DNA of 64,000 nt, taken from the NCBI GenBank assembly GCA_963752505.1, contig CAVVYM010000006.1, positions 192,379 through 256,378 on the forward strand, in the 5' to 3' direction. Positions 1 to 12,943 of the stretch are shown one piece after another. The position numbers were made by a program, and so were the translations under genes. The notes below the pieces were generated by a model. The model was not told the DNA's origin, ran no database searches, and saw only the letters and a program-made list of their open reading frames with translations. This DNA is from an uncultured Actinomycetes bacterium (GTDB lineage: Bacteria > Actinomycetota > Actinomycetes > S36-B12 > UBA10799). Position 1 is the first letter of the stretch. Each line of letters begins with the position of its first letter.

Positions 1-1564
1 CTGCCACCACGTTGTCGTGCACTCCGACGGTAGTCCAGTAGGCGCTACCGTCCTCCGAACCCACCAGCACGCGCGTCACCGCGTCGGTTCCGCGCACGCC
101 CTCCACGATGCGCACCTTGTAGTCGGCCAGGGCGATCTCGTCGAGTTCGGGGTAGATCTGCGAGAGCGCCAGGCGCAGGGCCTTGTCCAGCGCGTTCACC
201 GGCCCGTTCCCCTCGCCGGTTGCCACGATGCGTTCGCCGCCGGCGTGCACCTTGACGGTGGCCTCACTCAAGACCTCACCGTCTTCGCGCTGTTCGACGA
301 TGGCTCGCCATGATTCCACGCTGAACCCGCGCACCGACTCGCCGAGCGCGTTACGCACGAGCAACTCGAAGGAGGCGTCTGCGGCTTCGAAGGTCCAGCC
401 CTCGGACTCCAACTCTTTGACGTGCTCCACCACGTCGGACACCACCGAAGGTGTCGAACTCAGGTCGATTCCCAGTTCCTTGGCCTTCAGCTCCACTGAT
501 GCTCGCCCCGCCATCTCGGTGACCAGCACCCGCATGTCATTGCCCACGAGTTCCGGGTCCATGTGGTTGTAGAGGTCCGCGTCGACTCGCAGGGCGGAGG
601 CGTGCAGGCCGGCCTTATGCGCGAAGGCGCTCACACCGACGTAGGGCTGGTGGGTGTCGGGGGGCAGATTCGCGATCTCGGCGAGGGCATGCGACGCCCA
701 CATCAGGTTGGCCAGCCCCTCCGGCGGAAGCACGGGGATCCCGAGTTTGAACGAGAGATTGCCAGCCACGGCGAAGAGGTCGGCGTTGCCTGTGCGCTCC
801 CCGTAGCCGTTGGCCGTCACCTGGGCGTGCGTGGCCCCAGCCTCCACCGCTGCCACCGTATTGGCCACCGCGCAGCCGGTGTCGTCCTGGCAGTGGATGC
901 CGATCCGTGCCGCCGGTAGAGCGTCCGCCACGGCCCCCACGACGCGCGCAATACCGCCGGGGAGCATGCCGCCGTTGGTGTCGCAGAGCACCACGGCTTC
1001 CGCCCCCGCCTCGTGCGCGGTGCGCGCGACTGCCACTGCGTAGTCCGAATCATGGGCGTAGCCGTCGAAGAAGTGCTCGCAGTCGACGAAAACCCGCCGA
1101 CCGGCCGCCCGCAGGTACTCCACCGTCTCGCGCACCATGTCGAGGTTCTCCCCGAGCGTGGTCTTGAGGGCCTGCGTGACATGCCGGACGTCGGACTTCG
1201 CCACCAATGTGATCGCCGGGGTCTCCGCGGCCAGCAGCGCCGCCACCTGCGGGTCGGTCTTCACGTCGACGCCGGCCTTCCGGGTTGCACCAAAAGCAAC
1301 CAGCACAGCGTTGTTGAGCGGCAGTTCATCCTTGGCGCGGGCAAAGAACTCGGTGTCCTTGGGCAGCGCGCCCGGCCAACCGCCCTCGATGAAGCCGACT
1401 CCCAAGTCATCGAGGATGCGCGCCACAGCCAACTTGTCGTTGACCGAATAGGAGATGCCTTCGCGTTGGGCGCCGTCGCGAAGTGTGGTGTCGTAGAACT
1501 GGAATCCGGTCGTCGTGGGATCGAAGTCCGTCACCGGGGGGAACTGGGGGTATTGCGCTGACAT
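1..1564 (-). CDS. cimA: Citramalate synthase (LeuA/CimA family), 3' end outside window
   Basis: Not in the ORF track because it runs off the edge. Manual translation from ATG 1564 gives MSAQYPQ...FYDTTLRDGAQREGISYSVNDKL...FIEGGWPGA, then DTNGGMLP and GYGERTGNA. It follows leuB-ilvE as is typical in actinomycetes. Confidence 0.9.
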   Translation of the reverse strand, partial: MSAQYPQFPPVTDFDPTTTGFQFYDTTLRDGAQREGISYSVNDKLAVARILDDLGVGFIEGGWPGALPKDTEFFARAKDELPLNNAVLVAFGATRKAGVDVKTDPQVAALLAAETPAITLVAKSDVRHVTQALKTTLGENLDMVRETVEYLRAAGRRVFVDCEHFFDGYAHDSDYAVAVARTAHEAGAEAVVLCDTNGGMLPGGIARVVGAVADALPAARIGIHCQDDTGCAVANTVAAVEAGATHAQVTANGYGERTGNADLFAVAGNLSFKLGIPVLPPEGLANLMWASHALAEIANLPPDTHQPYVGVSAFAHKAGLHASALRVDADLYNHMDPELVGNDMRVLVTEMAGRASVELKAKELGIDLSSTPSVVSDVVEHVKELESEGWTFEAADASFELLVRNALGESVRGFSVESWRAIVEQREDGEVLSEATVKVHAGGERIVATGEGNGPVNALDKALRLALSQIYPELDEIALADYKVRIVEGVRGTDAVTRVLVGSEDGSAYWTTVGVHDNVVA

Positions 1565-1627
1565 TCTGCTTCCAAAGTTTGTGAGGTGAGGTGAATCGGG
1601 GCGTCGGGCCGTGATTCAGGAGTCCAA

Positions 1628-1660
1628 CCTCGTCGCTGCCGGCCCGCGGCAACGCCGAGG
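1628..1660 (-). terminator. GC-rich hairpin immediately after the ilvE stop (no U-tract)
   Basis: Minus strand reads CCTCG-GCGTTGCCG...CGGCAGCG-ACGAGG, an imperfect inverted repeat. Confidence 0.4.
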
Positions 1661-2755
1661 TCAGCCAATTCGACGAACCCAACCGTGTTGGTCGGGGGCG
1701 CGCCCGGTCTGAATGTCCAGTAGGGATTGGCGCAACTGCATGGCGATGGGCCCCGGAGTGCCGTCGCCGACCTCCCAGCTGTGGGTGCGTGACCGCACCG
1801 ATCCCACGGGTGTGATCACGGCCGCCGTGCCGCAGGCGAAGACTTCAGTGATCTCACCCGATTCACAACCCTCCCGCCACTCGTTGCGATTGATGCGACC
1901 TTCGCCCACGTCGTAGCCGAGGTCAGCTGCCAACGTGAGGATCGACTCACGGGTGATGCCCGGCAGCAGGGTGCCGGTCAGCGAGGGAGTGAGCAGGCGC
2001 GCGTGCGGACCCTCGCCGTAGACGAAGAACAGGTTCATCCCACCCATTTCCTCGATCCACATGCGCTCTGCCGCGTCGAGCCACACCACTTGGTCGCATC
2101 CGCGTTCGGCCGCCTCGGCCTGTGCCAACAACGAGGCGGCATAGTTGCCGGCGCACTTCGCCTCTCCCGTACCGCCCGGGGAGGCCCGGACGTAGTCGTC
2201 GGTGAGCCACACCGAGACCGGCGTTATACCGCCCGTGAAATAGGCACCGGCCGGCGCGGCGATGATCAGGAAGGTGTATTCGTTCGCGGGGCGCACACCG
2301 AGGCCCACTTCGGTGCCCATCATGAAGGGGCGCACGTACAGCGATCGCTCCGCATCTTCGGGGACCCAGCGGGACTCCAACGCGACCAGCGCCTCGACAC
2401 CGGAGACGAACGTGTCCTCGGGAATCTCCGGCATCGCCAACCGCGCCGCTGATCGGTTGAACCGGGCCGCGTTGCGTTCAGGCCGGAATAGGGCGACGCC
2501 ACCATCGGCGAGGCGATACGCCTTGAGTCCTTCAAACACGCTCTGCCCGTAGTGCAGCGCGTTGGTGGCCGGGTCCAGCACCAGCGGCGCGTAGGGCACG
2601 ATCTCCGGCGGACTCCACACGCCGTCTCGAAACACCGCCCGCACCATGTGATCGACGGGAAACTTCGCGAATCCGGGGTTGCTGAGGATTCGGCTCAGCC
2701 CGTCGTCGGTGGTCGGCGTCGCCGTGTGGTGGATGGCAATGCTGTGCGAACTCAT
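1661..2755 (-). CDS. ilvE: Branched-chain amino acid aminotransferase
   Basis: [24 protein letters not shown] (PLP lysine), [27 protein letters not shown]. Confidence 0.97.
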   Translation of the reverse strand: MSSHSIAIHHTATPTTDDGLSRILSNPGFAKFPVDHMVRAVFRDGVWSPPEIVPYAPLVLDPATNALHYGQSVFEGLKAYRLADGGVALFRPERNAARFNRSAARLAMPEIPEDTFVSGVEALVALESRWVPEDAERSLYVRPFMMGTEVGLGVRPANEYTFLIIAAPAGAYFTGGITPVSVWLTDDYVRASPGGTGEAKCAGNYAASLLAQAEAAERGCDQVVWLDAAERMWIEEMGGMNLFFVYGEGPHARLLTPSLTGTLLPGITRESILTLAADLGYDVGEGRINRNEWREGCESGEITEVFACGTAAVITPVGSVRSRTHSWEVGDGTPGPIAMQLRQSLLDIQTGRAPDQHGWVRRIG

Positions 2756-3807
2756 GGTGCTCCTTGCGCGACGGCCTCGGCGAGCGTATCGCCGATCTCG
2801 CTCGTGCTGCGCTGGTCGTTTCCGCGCGAGGCGAGATCGGCCGCCACCGCATCCTCCACCGCTAGCGAGGCCTCGGGCAGGCCGAGGTGATCGAGCATCA
2901 TCGCCACACTCAGGGCGGTTGCGGTGGGATCGGCCAGGCCCTTGCCAGCGATATCCGGCGCACTGCCGTGAACCGGCTCGAACATGCTCGGATTGGTGCG
3001 CGTTGCGTCGATGTTGCCGCTGGCGGCGCGCCCGATTCCGCCAGCGATGGCCGCGCCGATGTCGGTGATGATGTCGCCGAACAGGTTGTCCGTGACCACC
3101 ACGTCAAACCGACCAGGGTCGGTGATGAAGAACATCGAGGCGGCATCCACGTGCACGTAGTCAGTGGTGACATCGTCGAATTCGGCTGCGACCTCGTTGA
3201 ACACGCGGGTCCACAGGGCACCGGCATTAGTGAGCACGTTGGTCTTGTGCACCAGCGTCACGTGGTTGCGGCGCCGAATGGCACGGTTGAACGCGTCGCG
3301 CACGATGCGCTCCACGCCGAACGCCGTGTTGAGGCTCTCCTCTACCGCCACCTCGTGCTCGGTGCCCGTGCGCAGCGACCCGCCGGCCCCGACGTAGGGA
3401 CCCTCGGTGCCCTCGCGGCACACCACCATGTCGATGTCGGCGGGCCCGAGGCCGGCCAGGGGGGTAGTGACCCCGGGATACAGCTTGACCGGACGGAGGT
3501 TGACGTGGTGGTCGAGAGCGAAGCGCAGTTTGAGCAGCAGGCCGCGCTCGAGCACGCCGGGCGGCACCGAGGGGTCACCGACAGCTCCCAGCAGTATCGC
3601 GTCGTGATCGGCCACCTCCGCGAGCACTGAGTCCGGCAGCACTTCGCCGGTCGCGTGGTAACGGCGAGCGCCGAGGTCATAGTCATCGGTCTGGAAGTCG
3701 ACGCCGAAGCGGTCACCGGCGGCCGACAGCACCTTGAGCCCTTCGGCTACCACCTCGGTGCCAATGCCGTCGCCAGGGATGACCGCGATGCGGTGGGAAG
3801 TGGACAC
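2752..3807 (-). CDS. leuB: 3-isopropylmalate dehydrogenase
   Basis: [37 protein letters not shown]. Start placed at GTG 3807 (TACCCT lies 6 nt upstream). Stop overlaps the ilvE start. Confidence 0.95.
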   Translation of the reverse strand: MSTSHRIAVIPGDGIGTEVVAEGLKVLSAAGDRFGVDFQTDDYDLGARRYHATGEVLPDSVLAEVADHDAILLGAVGDPSVPPGVLERGLLLKLRFALDHHVNLRPVKLYPGVTTPLAGLGPADIDMVVCREGTEGPYVGAGGSLRTGTEHEVAVEESLNTAFGVERIVRDAFNRAIRRRNHVTLVHKTNVLTNAGALWTRVFNEVAAEFDDVTTDYVHVDAASMFFITDPGRFDVVVTDNLFGDIITDIGAAIAGGIGRAASGNIDATRTNPSMFEPVHGSAPDIAGKGLADPTATALSVAMMLDHLGLPEASLAVEDAVAADLASRGNDQRSTSEIGDTLAEAVAQGAP

Positions 3808-3920
3808 GCGTCTAGGGTAGTGGTCGGCGCCGGAAGTGCGTGCCAATGGTGGCACTACCTCGGGCGCGTGAGGTGCGTACCCGGCCCGGGCTGCTACTTT
3901 TGACCCACTATGTTGCAGAG

Positions 3921-5754
<1,834 letters not shown>

Positions 5755-5820
5755 ACCGCCGGTAGCACCGCCACGGGCCTGGGGTAGCGGCCCCGGCCCG
5801 TGGTCTGCCACGGTGAGCAT

Positions 5821-6288
5821 ATGGACTATGAGATTGCGCAAGTCGAGTTGACGGCAACCCCCACGGCAGTTGTCCGGGGGACCACTCCACAGGCGCAGAT
5901 TCCGGACTTCCTCGGGTCGGCTTTTGGGGAAGTGATGCGGGTGCTTATTGCCCAAGGCGTGCAGCCGACCGGCATGCCCTACGGCTGCTACTCCCCGCCG
6001 GCCGATGGGGTCTTTGAACTCGAGGCTGGCTTCGCAACGGGCTCCCCGGTGCAGCCGACAGGGCGGGTGGAAGCCTCGGAACACCCTGGCGGCTCTGCCA
6101 TCCAGGTGCTCCACCGCGGGTCTTACGACGAGGTCGGCGCCGCCTACGAAGCCGCCGAGCGGTGGATGTCGGAGCAGGGTTGGGAATCAATCGGTGCGCC
6201 CTGGGAGGAGTACCTTGATGACGCGTCGGTGCCGGAACCGCGCACCCTCGTCACCTGGCCAAGCCGACCTCGGGCAGGGCTGGCCTAG
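5821..6288 (+). CDS. GyrI-like small-molecule-binding domain protein
   Basis: IPDFLGSAFGEV, HRGSYDEVGAAYEAAERWM, GAPWEEYL; ATG 5821. Confidence 0.85.
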   Translation: MDYEIAQVELTATPTAVVRGTTPQAQIPDFLGSAFGEVMRVLIAQGVQPTGMPYGCYSPPADGVFELEAGFATGSPVQPTGRVEASEHPGGSAIQVLHRGSYDEVGAAYEAAERWMSEQGWESIGAPWEEYLDDASVPEPRTLVTWPSRPRAGLA

Positions 6289-6425
6289 CCGCGCTTCCGG
6301 ACATTTCTGTTTGGGGGCCTCGATGGTGTCGACGACCGTCGACGCCGGGGGTCGCAATGTGGCCGCATTCAGTGCATGGCACGAATTCCACGTAGTGCAG
6401 TCATCACGGGTATGGCAAACCTACG

Positions 6426-6935
6426 TCAGGCGGCAGCCATCCCGGCGAAACCCACCCACAGCAACATCACGGCGAACGCACCCATGGCGGCGACTTGGCG
6501 CCACGGACGGGTGCGTTCGTCTGTAGGTGTGAAGAGCAGCATCAGGGCAACCGCTCCTAGGTAGAACCCGAACACGAGGAAAGAGGCTGCTTCGACCACG
6601 ATTCCCCAGTCGAGTACGACGGCGAGGATGGCCAGCAGCCCCCAGGCCAGATTTGCCAGGCCTACTTCGATCTGGAAATTGTTGCGACGACCGATCCCCC
6701 AGCCCATACGCGCCGCATCGGACGCGTGGAAGATCGAGTGCCGAACGAACGAGAGCATGCCACTGACCCCCACCGCCAGTAGCGCTCCGAAAGTCAGCGA
6801 GGGTGGATCCTGGTTGAGTTCGCTGAACGCGATGAAGATACCGACGGCGCCTGCCACGTAGGTGGCGATCATCAGCAGCACTGCGGGCCTGGTGCTGGGA
6901 CCGGGCTCGGCGGCCGGCGCGGCGGACTCTGTCAC
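6426..6935 (-). CDS. Multi-pass membrane protein (DUF6790-like)
   Basis: About 5 hydrophobic segments; AARMGW...FQIEVGLANLAWG motif. Confidence 0.7.
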   Translation of the reverse strand: MTESAAPAAEPGPSTRPAVLLMIATYVAGAVGIFIAFSELNQDPPSLTFGALLAVGVSGMLSFVRHSIFHASDAARMGWGIGRRNNFQIEVGLANLAWGLLAILAVVLDWGIVVEAASFLVFGFYLGAVALMLLFTPTDERTRPWRQVAAMGAFAVMLLWVGFAGMAAA

Positions 6936-7342
6936 CTCACCAGTATTACCAGTGCGATCAGCGCGACGCCCGCGACGATGACGATGGCCGCCACCAGGGG
7001 GTTGAATCGCTGTTCGTGACCGTCGGTTTCGGCGCCGGATCCCCCGGAATCGGCCACCGCGTCGGTCGGTTGCGCCGATTCCTGACGGTCGTCGTCGCGT
7101 CCGTCGGCGGTTTCGGCCATCGCCGTCTGGACCTCGGCAGGGAGGTCGGAGTCGTCTGGTGCGTCGTCATGCTGTGTATCCCCTTGTGAGTCGATTCCCT
7201 CCGACGACAGCAGCGATCGCACGATTGACAGGTCGCGGGCGCATTGCTGACACTCTGCGACGTGATCAGCGATGTCTCTGGGCACCTCGGCGTCCATGGC
7301 GAGCAGGGCCAACTGCTCGCCGGTCGCGTGGTCGGGAGTCAT
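6932..7342 (-). CDS. Small protein with anti-sigma-type zinc motif, acidic linker and C-terminal TM helix
   Basis: H...HVAECQQC (HxxxCxxC), D/E-rich middle, LVAAIVIVAGVALIALVILV end; 4-nt overlap with the downstream gene. Confidence 0.65.
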   Translation of the reverse strand: MTPDHATGEQLALLAMDAEVPRDIADHVAECQQCARDLSIVRSLLSSEGIDSQGDTQHDDAPDDSDLPAEVQTAMAETADGRDDDRQESAQPTDAVADSGGSGAETDGHEQRFNPLVAAIVIVAGVALIALVILVR

Positions 7343-7382
7343 GTGCGTCGGTGAGTGAAGAACATCCGCCGGTCCTACGGCG

Positions 7383-8966
7383 CTACTCGCCCAGGTCGAC
7401 GGCCCGAGCGATGCTGGCGCCTATGCCTTCGGCGATCGTCGCCACCACGTCGTCGGCCACGCTGGTATCGACACTCAACACCATCGTCACCCCGTCGTCG
7501 GTACGGCTCACCTGCATGTTGGCGATGTTCACGCCTGCCTCACCGAGACCACCGCCGACGACGCCGACCACACCCGGCCGATCTGCGTACCGGAAGACCA
7601 GCATGTGCTCGCTGACCGGCACGTCCACGGTCGCATCGTCGATCTCGACGATCTTCGGTTCGTCGCGCAAACCGACGACGGTGCCGGCCACGGAGAGTCG
7701 GCAGCCGTCGGAGCACGACACTGCTACCTTCACCAACGCGCGATGGTCGTCGTACTCGCCCTCGGTGACCAACGACGTCTCGACGCCGCGATCACCAGCC
7801 AGCACCGGCGCGTTGACATAACTGACGGGCTCGTCGATGAGCACGGAAAACATGCCCTTCACCGCCGCCAACTCCAGGATGCTGACGTCGAATTCGGCCA
7901 ACTCCCCCAGCACGTCCACGTCAATCCGGGACACCGGGGCGGGTGCCAGCGCGGTGGCCATCCGCCCGAGATTCTCGGTGAGTTCCAGGAAGGGCCGCAC
8001 CGGCTCGGCGATCACGCCACCGCGCACGTTCACCGCGTCGGGCACCAATTGCCCCGCAAGTGCCTGGCGCACCGACTTCGCGACCGCCACTCCGGCCTTC
8101 TCCTGCGCCTCATCGGTCGACGCGCCCAGGTGCGGAGTGGCAACGACGTTGTCGAGGGTGAACAGCGGCGAGTCGGTGCAAGGTTCCTTCGCATAGACGT
8201 CCAGACCCGCACCCGCGACGCGGCCGTCCGCCAGTGCTTCGTAGAGGGCCTGCTCGTCGACGATGCCGCCACGTGCGGCATTGACGATGTGCACGGTCGG
8301 CTTCACCTTGCGCAGAGCTTCGTCGCCGATGAGGCCGAGGGTGTCCTTGTTCTTGGGCAGGTGGACCGTGATGAAGTCGCTTTCCGCGAGCAGTTCGTCG
8401 AGGTCCACCATGCGCACGCCCAACTGCGCGGCCCGAGTGGGCCGCACGAAGGGGTCGTAGGCGATGAGTTTGACGCCAAATGCACTCAACCGCTGTGCGA
8501 CCAGAAGCCCGATCCGCCCGAGGCCGACCACGCCGACGGTCTTGTCGGCGAGTTCGACCCCTGAGTACTTCGAGCGCTTCCATTCACCGTTGCGCAGGGC
8601 GGCGTGGGCCGGGCTGATGTTGCGCGCGCTGGCGATGAGCAGGCCAACCGCAAGCTCGGCCGCACTGACGATGTTGGAGGTGGGGGCGTTGACCACCATG
8701 ACGCCCTGTTGGGTGGCAGCGCCAACGTCGACGTTGTCGAGTCCCACCCCTGCGCGCGCGACGACCTTGAGGTTCTTGGCCGCCGCCAGGGCCTCGGCGT
8801 CTACCTTCGTGGCCGACCGGATCAGAATCGCGTCGACGTCTGCGATGGCCGGCAGCAGTTCGGCCCGGTTGGCCCCGTCACAGTGTCGCACCTCGAAATC
8901 GGGACCCAGCGCAGAAATGGTGGCAGGTGAGAGTTCCTCGGCGATCAGGACGACAGGCTTCGACAC
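7383..8966 (-). CDS. serA: D-3-phosphoglycerate dehydrogenase
   Basis: RAGVGLDNVD, GLGRIG, NAARGG, TPHLGAST, C-terminal ACT domain (DRPGVVG). Start at GTG 8966 with GGAG RBS. Confidence 0.96.
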   Translation of the reverse strand: MSKPVVLIAEELSPATISALGPDFEVRHCDGANRAELLPAIADVDAILIRSATKVDAEALAAAKNLKVVARAGVGLDNVDVGAATQQGVMVVNAPTSNIVSAAELAVGLLIASARNISPAHAALRNGEWKRSKYSGVELADKTVGVVGLGRIGLLVAQRLSAFGVKLIAYDPFVRPTRAAQLGVRMVDLDELLAESDFITVHLPKNKDTLGLIGDEALRKVKPTVHIVNAARGGIVDEQALYEALADGRVAGAGLDVYAKEPCTDSPLFTLDNVVATPHLGASTDEAQEKAGVAVAKSVRQALAGQLVPDAVNVRGGVIAEPVRPFLELTENLGRMATALAPAPVSRIDVDVLGELAEFDVSILELAAVKGMFSVLIDEPVSYVNAPVLAGDRGVETSLVTEGEYDDHRALVKVAVSCSDGCRLSVAGTVVGLRDEPKIVEIDDATVDVPVSEHMLVFRYADRPGVVGVVGGGLGEAGVNIANMQVSRTDDGVTMVLSVDTSVADDVVATIAEGIGASIARAVDLGE

Positions 8967-9085
8967 GTAGGCTCCAAAGAGGTGGGTTTGACGTCTCCCA
9001 TCATATCGGCGCACAGGGCCGCCGAATCCTCCGCAGCCCGTGAGATTGGCCACGTAGTCGGTGGCGTCATTGGTAGCGTCGACGA

Positions 9086-10003
9086 ATGGCAACCGACCAA
9101 GTGACCCCCGCCAATCGCGATCTGCGCAGCCCACTTGTGGCCGCGGCCGAAGCCCAGCGGCCGACACGGTGGTGGGTAGCCGTCCTGGTTGTTGTGCTGT
9201 GCCTGCTCAGCGTTGGCCTCACCGGCGGGTTCGCCACCGAACTCGAGGCCGGATCGCTGGCCTACCAGTCCGTGTTCACGTTCTCGTTCCTTGTGGGCAT
9301 CGGAGTCCTCGCGCTGTGGCTGGTGTTCAAGGAGAAGCGGCCGTTTCACACCGTCGGGTTCTTGGGCCGGTTCGGCCCCGGCGCGCTGCGATTCGTCATC
9401 GGCATCGCCTCAGGGGCCCTCTCCATGGCCGCGGTCGTCGGCCTGCTCATGATCTTCGGCGCGTACGGCCGGGTTGACACTCCGGCGGGCGCCGCGTCGG
9501 GATCCGCCGCGCTGGCGGCAGTTGCTCTCATGATCGTCGGCTTCGGCGTTCAGGGATCCGCGGAGGAGATCTGGTACCGCGGCTACCTGCTGCAGACTGC
9601 CGCCCGACAGTTGCCGCTGTGGTTTGCGATGGCACTGCAGGCCGTGCTCTTCGGCGTGACGCATGCAGCGAATCCTGGCGATTTCAGTGCTGTCGCCCTG
9701 CTCAACATCGTGCTCGTCGGCGTCATGCTGGGCTTCATTGCCTTGGGCCAGGGATCGCTGTGGGCGGTGTGTGGCTGGCACGCCGGTTGGAACTGGTGCC
9801 AGGGCAACGTGTTGGGGATTCCGGTGAGCGGTGAGGGCATGAACAACTCGTTGCTGTTCCTGGCTCCGGCATCGGATGCGTCGATCACCGTGTCCGGTGG
9901 CACGTTCGGGGTGGAGGGCAGCATCGTGTTGTCGGTGCTGCTGCTCATTGCTTCGATTGTCGCCGCGGTGTACTACCGCCGTGCCGTCGGCGCCAAGCGC
10001 TGA
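9086..10003 (+). CDS. CPBP (CAAX/Abi family) intramembrane metalloprotease
   Basis: EEIWYRG, LFGVTH, HAGWN motifs; many TM segments. Confidence 0.92.
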   Translation: MATDQVTPANRDLRSPLVAAAEAQRPTRWWVAVLVVVLCLLSVGLTGGFATELEAGSLAYQSVFTFSFLVGIGVLALWLVFKEKRPFHTVGFLGRFGPGALRFVIGIASGALSMAAVVGLLMIFGAYGRVDTPAGAASGSAALAAVALMIVGFGVQGSAEEIWYRGYLLQTAARQLPLWFAMALQAVLFGVTHAANPGDFSAVALLNIVLVGVMLGFIALGQGSLWAVCGWHAGWNWCQGNVLGIPVSGEGMNNSLLFLAPASDASITVSGGTFGVEGSIVLSVLLLIASIVAAVYYRRAVGAKR

Positions 10004-11210
10004 ACGAAGCGACTGTTCCAGCGTCCGGCCGCGACAGCCAGGGCCACGGATGCACTTCGACGGGCTTGATGTCGTCCGCAAGGCGTCGCCAGCCGGGCAC
10101 CGGCGCGAAGGTGGTGGCCACCCGAGCCTCCGCGAGCACCGCTGCCGGATCACCCCGCACGACGTGTAGTTCGCGCAGGGCTCCGAGTTCCGCGAGGCAC
10201 TCGGCGAGGAAGGTCAACCGCTTGCCACTGAGTCGCAGTCGTGCGAGCAGCGCCTCGTCGAAGACGAAGAGCAACGGAAGTGCGGGGTGGGCGCGCGCAG
10301 CCGGATCGTCGGTGCCGAGCGATTCCGCCGTGAGCCAGACCAGATCGGGTTCGGCAGTCCGCAGAGTCTGCTCGGGGCCCGCGGTTGTCTCGGGATCTGG
10401 ATCAGCGCGCAATCGAGGATCCGGATCCGCCAGTGCCTGCGGCGACACCTCGGAGGGCCACTCCTCGATCGGACACCTCGCAGCGAGAGGGCACGAGGCG
10501 CATAGGTCGGGTGCGCGACGAAGCACCTGCTGCCGGGAAAATCCGTAGGGTCGACCGGTCGCAGCTCCGACCGTCCACTGCCAGCCAAGCCGGTTCGCAG
10601 CCCGTGACCCGTCGAGCAGATGCCGGAAGAAGTGGTCCTCCCCCGTTCGCCAATCCCAGCCCTGACGGACGGTCCAGTGCGAGGCGAACCACATGCGAGT
10701 CTGGTTGACGAGCCAACCATCATCTGCCAGTTCACGATTCACCAGTCGTAGGCAAGCCATCTGCGCCGTGGCGGTGGAGGGAGCGTCGTAGGTCTCGTCG
10801 CCGCGCGCCGATACCTCGTACCGCAGAGGCGACCGCGTGGCGCCACCGAGTCTTGCGTACAGGTGCCGCGCGTACTCCGCCCACAGCAGCTCGTCGCCGA
10901 ACTTGGCCACGTCCCGAGCAGGGCCGCGGGCTCCATGGTTCCGGACGCGCACGAGGGTGAGCAGTCCGTGGCGGATGTAGGGGCTCAAGCCGGACGCACC
11001 CCGTCGCGCGGGCGGCCACACGTCGTTCCGTCGCCCGGCGTAACCCGCGACGTTGAAGCGCGCTAGTGCAGCGTCGGCCGCCGACTGGCCGCCACGGAAC
11101 GCCCTGCTGGCAGTTGCCGGGCCGGCGAACAGTCCGCTCAGGTGGGTGCCGACCCACCGCTCGACACCCGCCGTGTCCCCCGCCGCCGGCAGCGAGGGAA
11201 GTCGCATCAT
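9945..11210 (-). CDS. Photolyase/cryptochrome-family protein with inverted domain order
   Basis: N-terminal FAD domain (SGLSPYIRHGLL, GWLVNQTRMWFAS, HLLDGSRAANRLGWQW). C-terminal alpha/beta antenna-like domain (LFVFDEALL...KRLTFLAECLAEL...VVRGDP). Start at ATG 11210, after the ilvC stop. Confidence 0.85.
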   Translation of the reverse strand: MMRLPSLPAAGDTAGVERWVGTHLSGLFAGPATASRAFRGGQSAADAALARFNVAGYAGRRNDVWPPARRGASGLSPYIRHGLLTLVRVRNHGARGPARDVAKFGDELLWAEYARHLYARLGGATRSPLRYEVSARGDETYDAPSTATAQMACLRLVNRELADDGWLVNQTRMWFASHWTVRQGWDWRTGEDHFFRHLLDGSRAANRLGWQWTVGAATGRPYGFSRQQVLRRAPDLCASCPLAARCPIEEWPSEVSPQALADPDPRLRADPDPETTAGPEQTLRTAEPDLVWLTAESLGTDDPAARAHPALPLLFVFDEALLARLRLSGKRLTFLAECLAELGALRELHVVRGDPAAVLAEARVATTFAPVPGWRRLADDIKPVEVHPWPWLSRPDAGTVASFSAWRRRHGGSTPRRQSKQ

Positions 11211-11226
11211 GTCGCCGACAGTGCGA

Positions 11227-12934
<1,708 letters not shown>

Positions 12935-12943
12935 GTGCTTCTC

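Noticed and set aside
1565-1627. Ile-responsive attenuator before cimA
   Set aside because: No Ile-rich leader ORF or U-tract terminator was found in the short spacer.
9086-10003. CPBP/Abi protein as a phage-defence gene
   Set aside because: The family name is historical; this is an ordinary intramembrane protease with no defence context.
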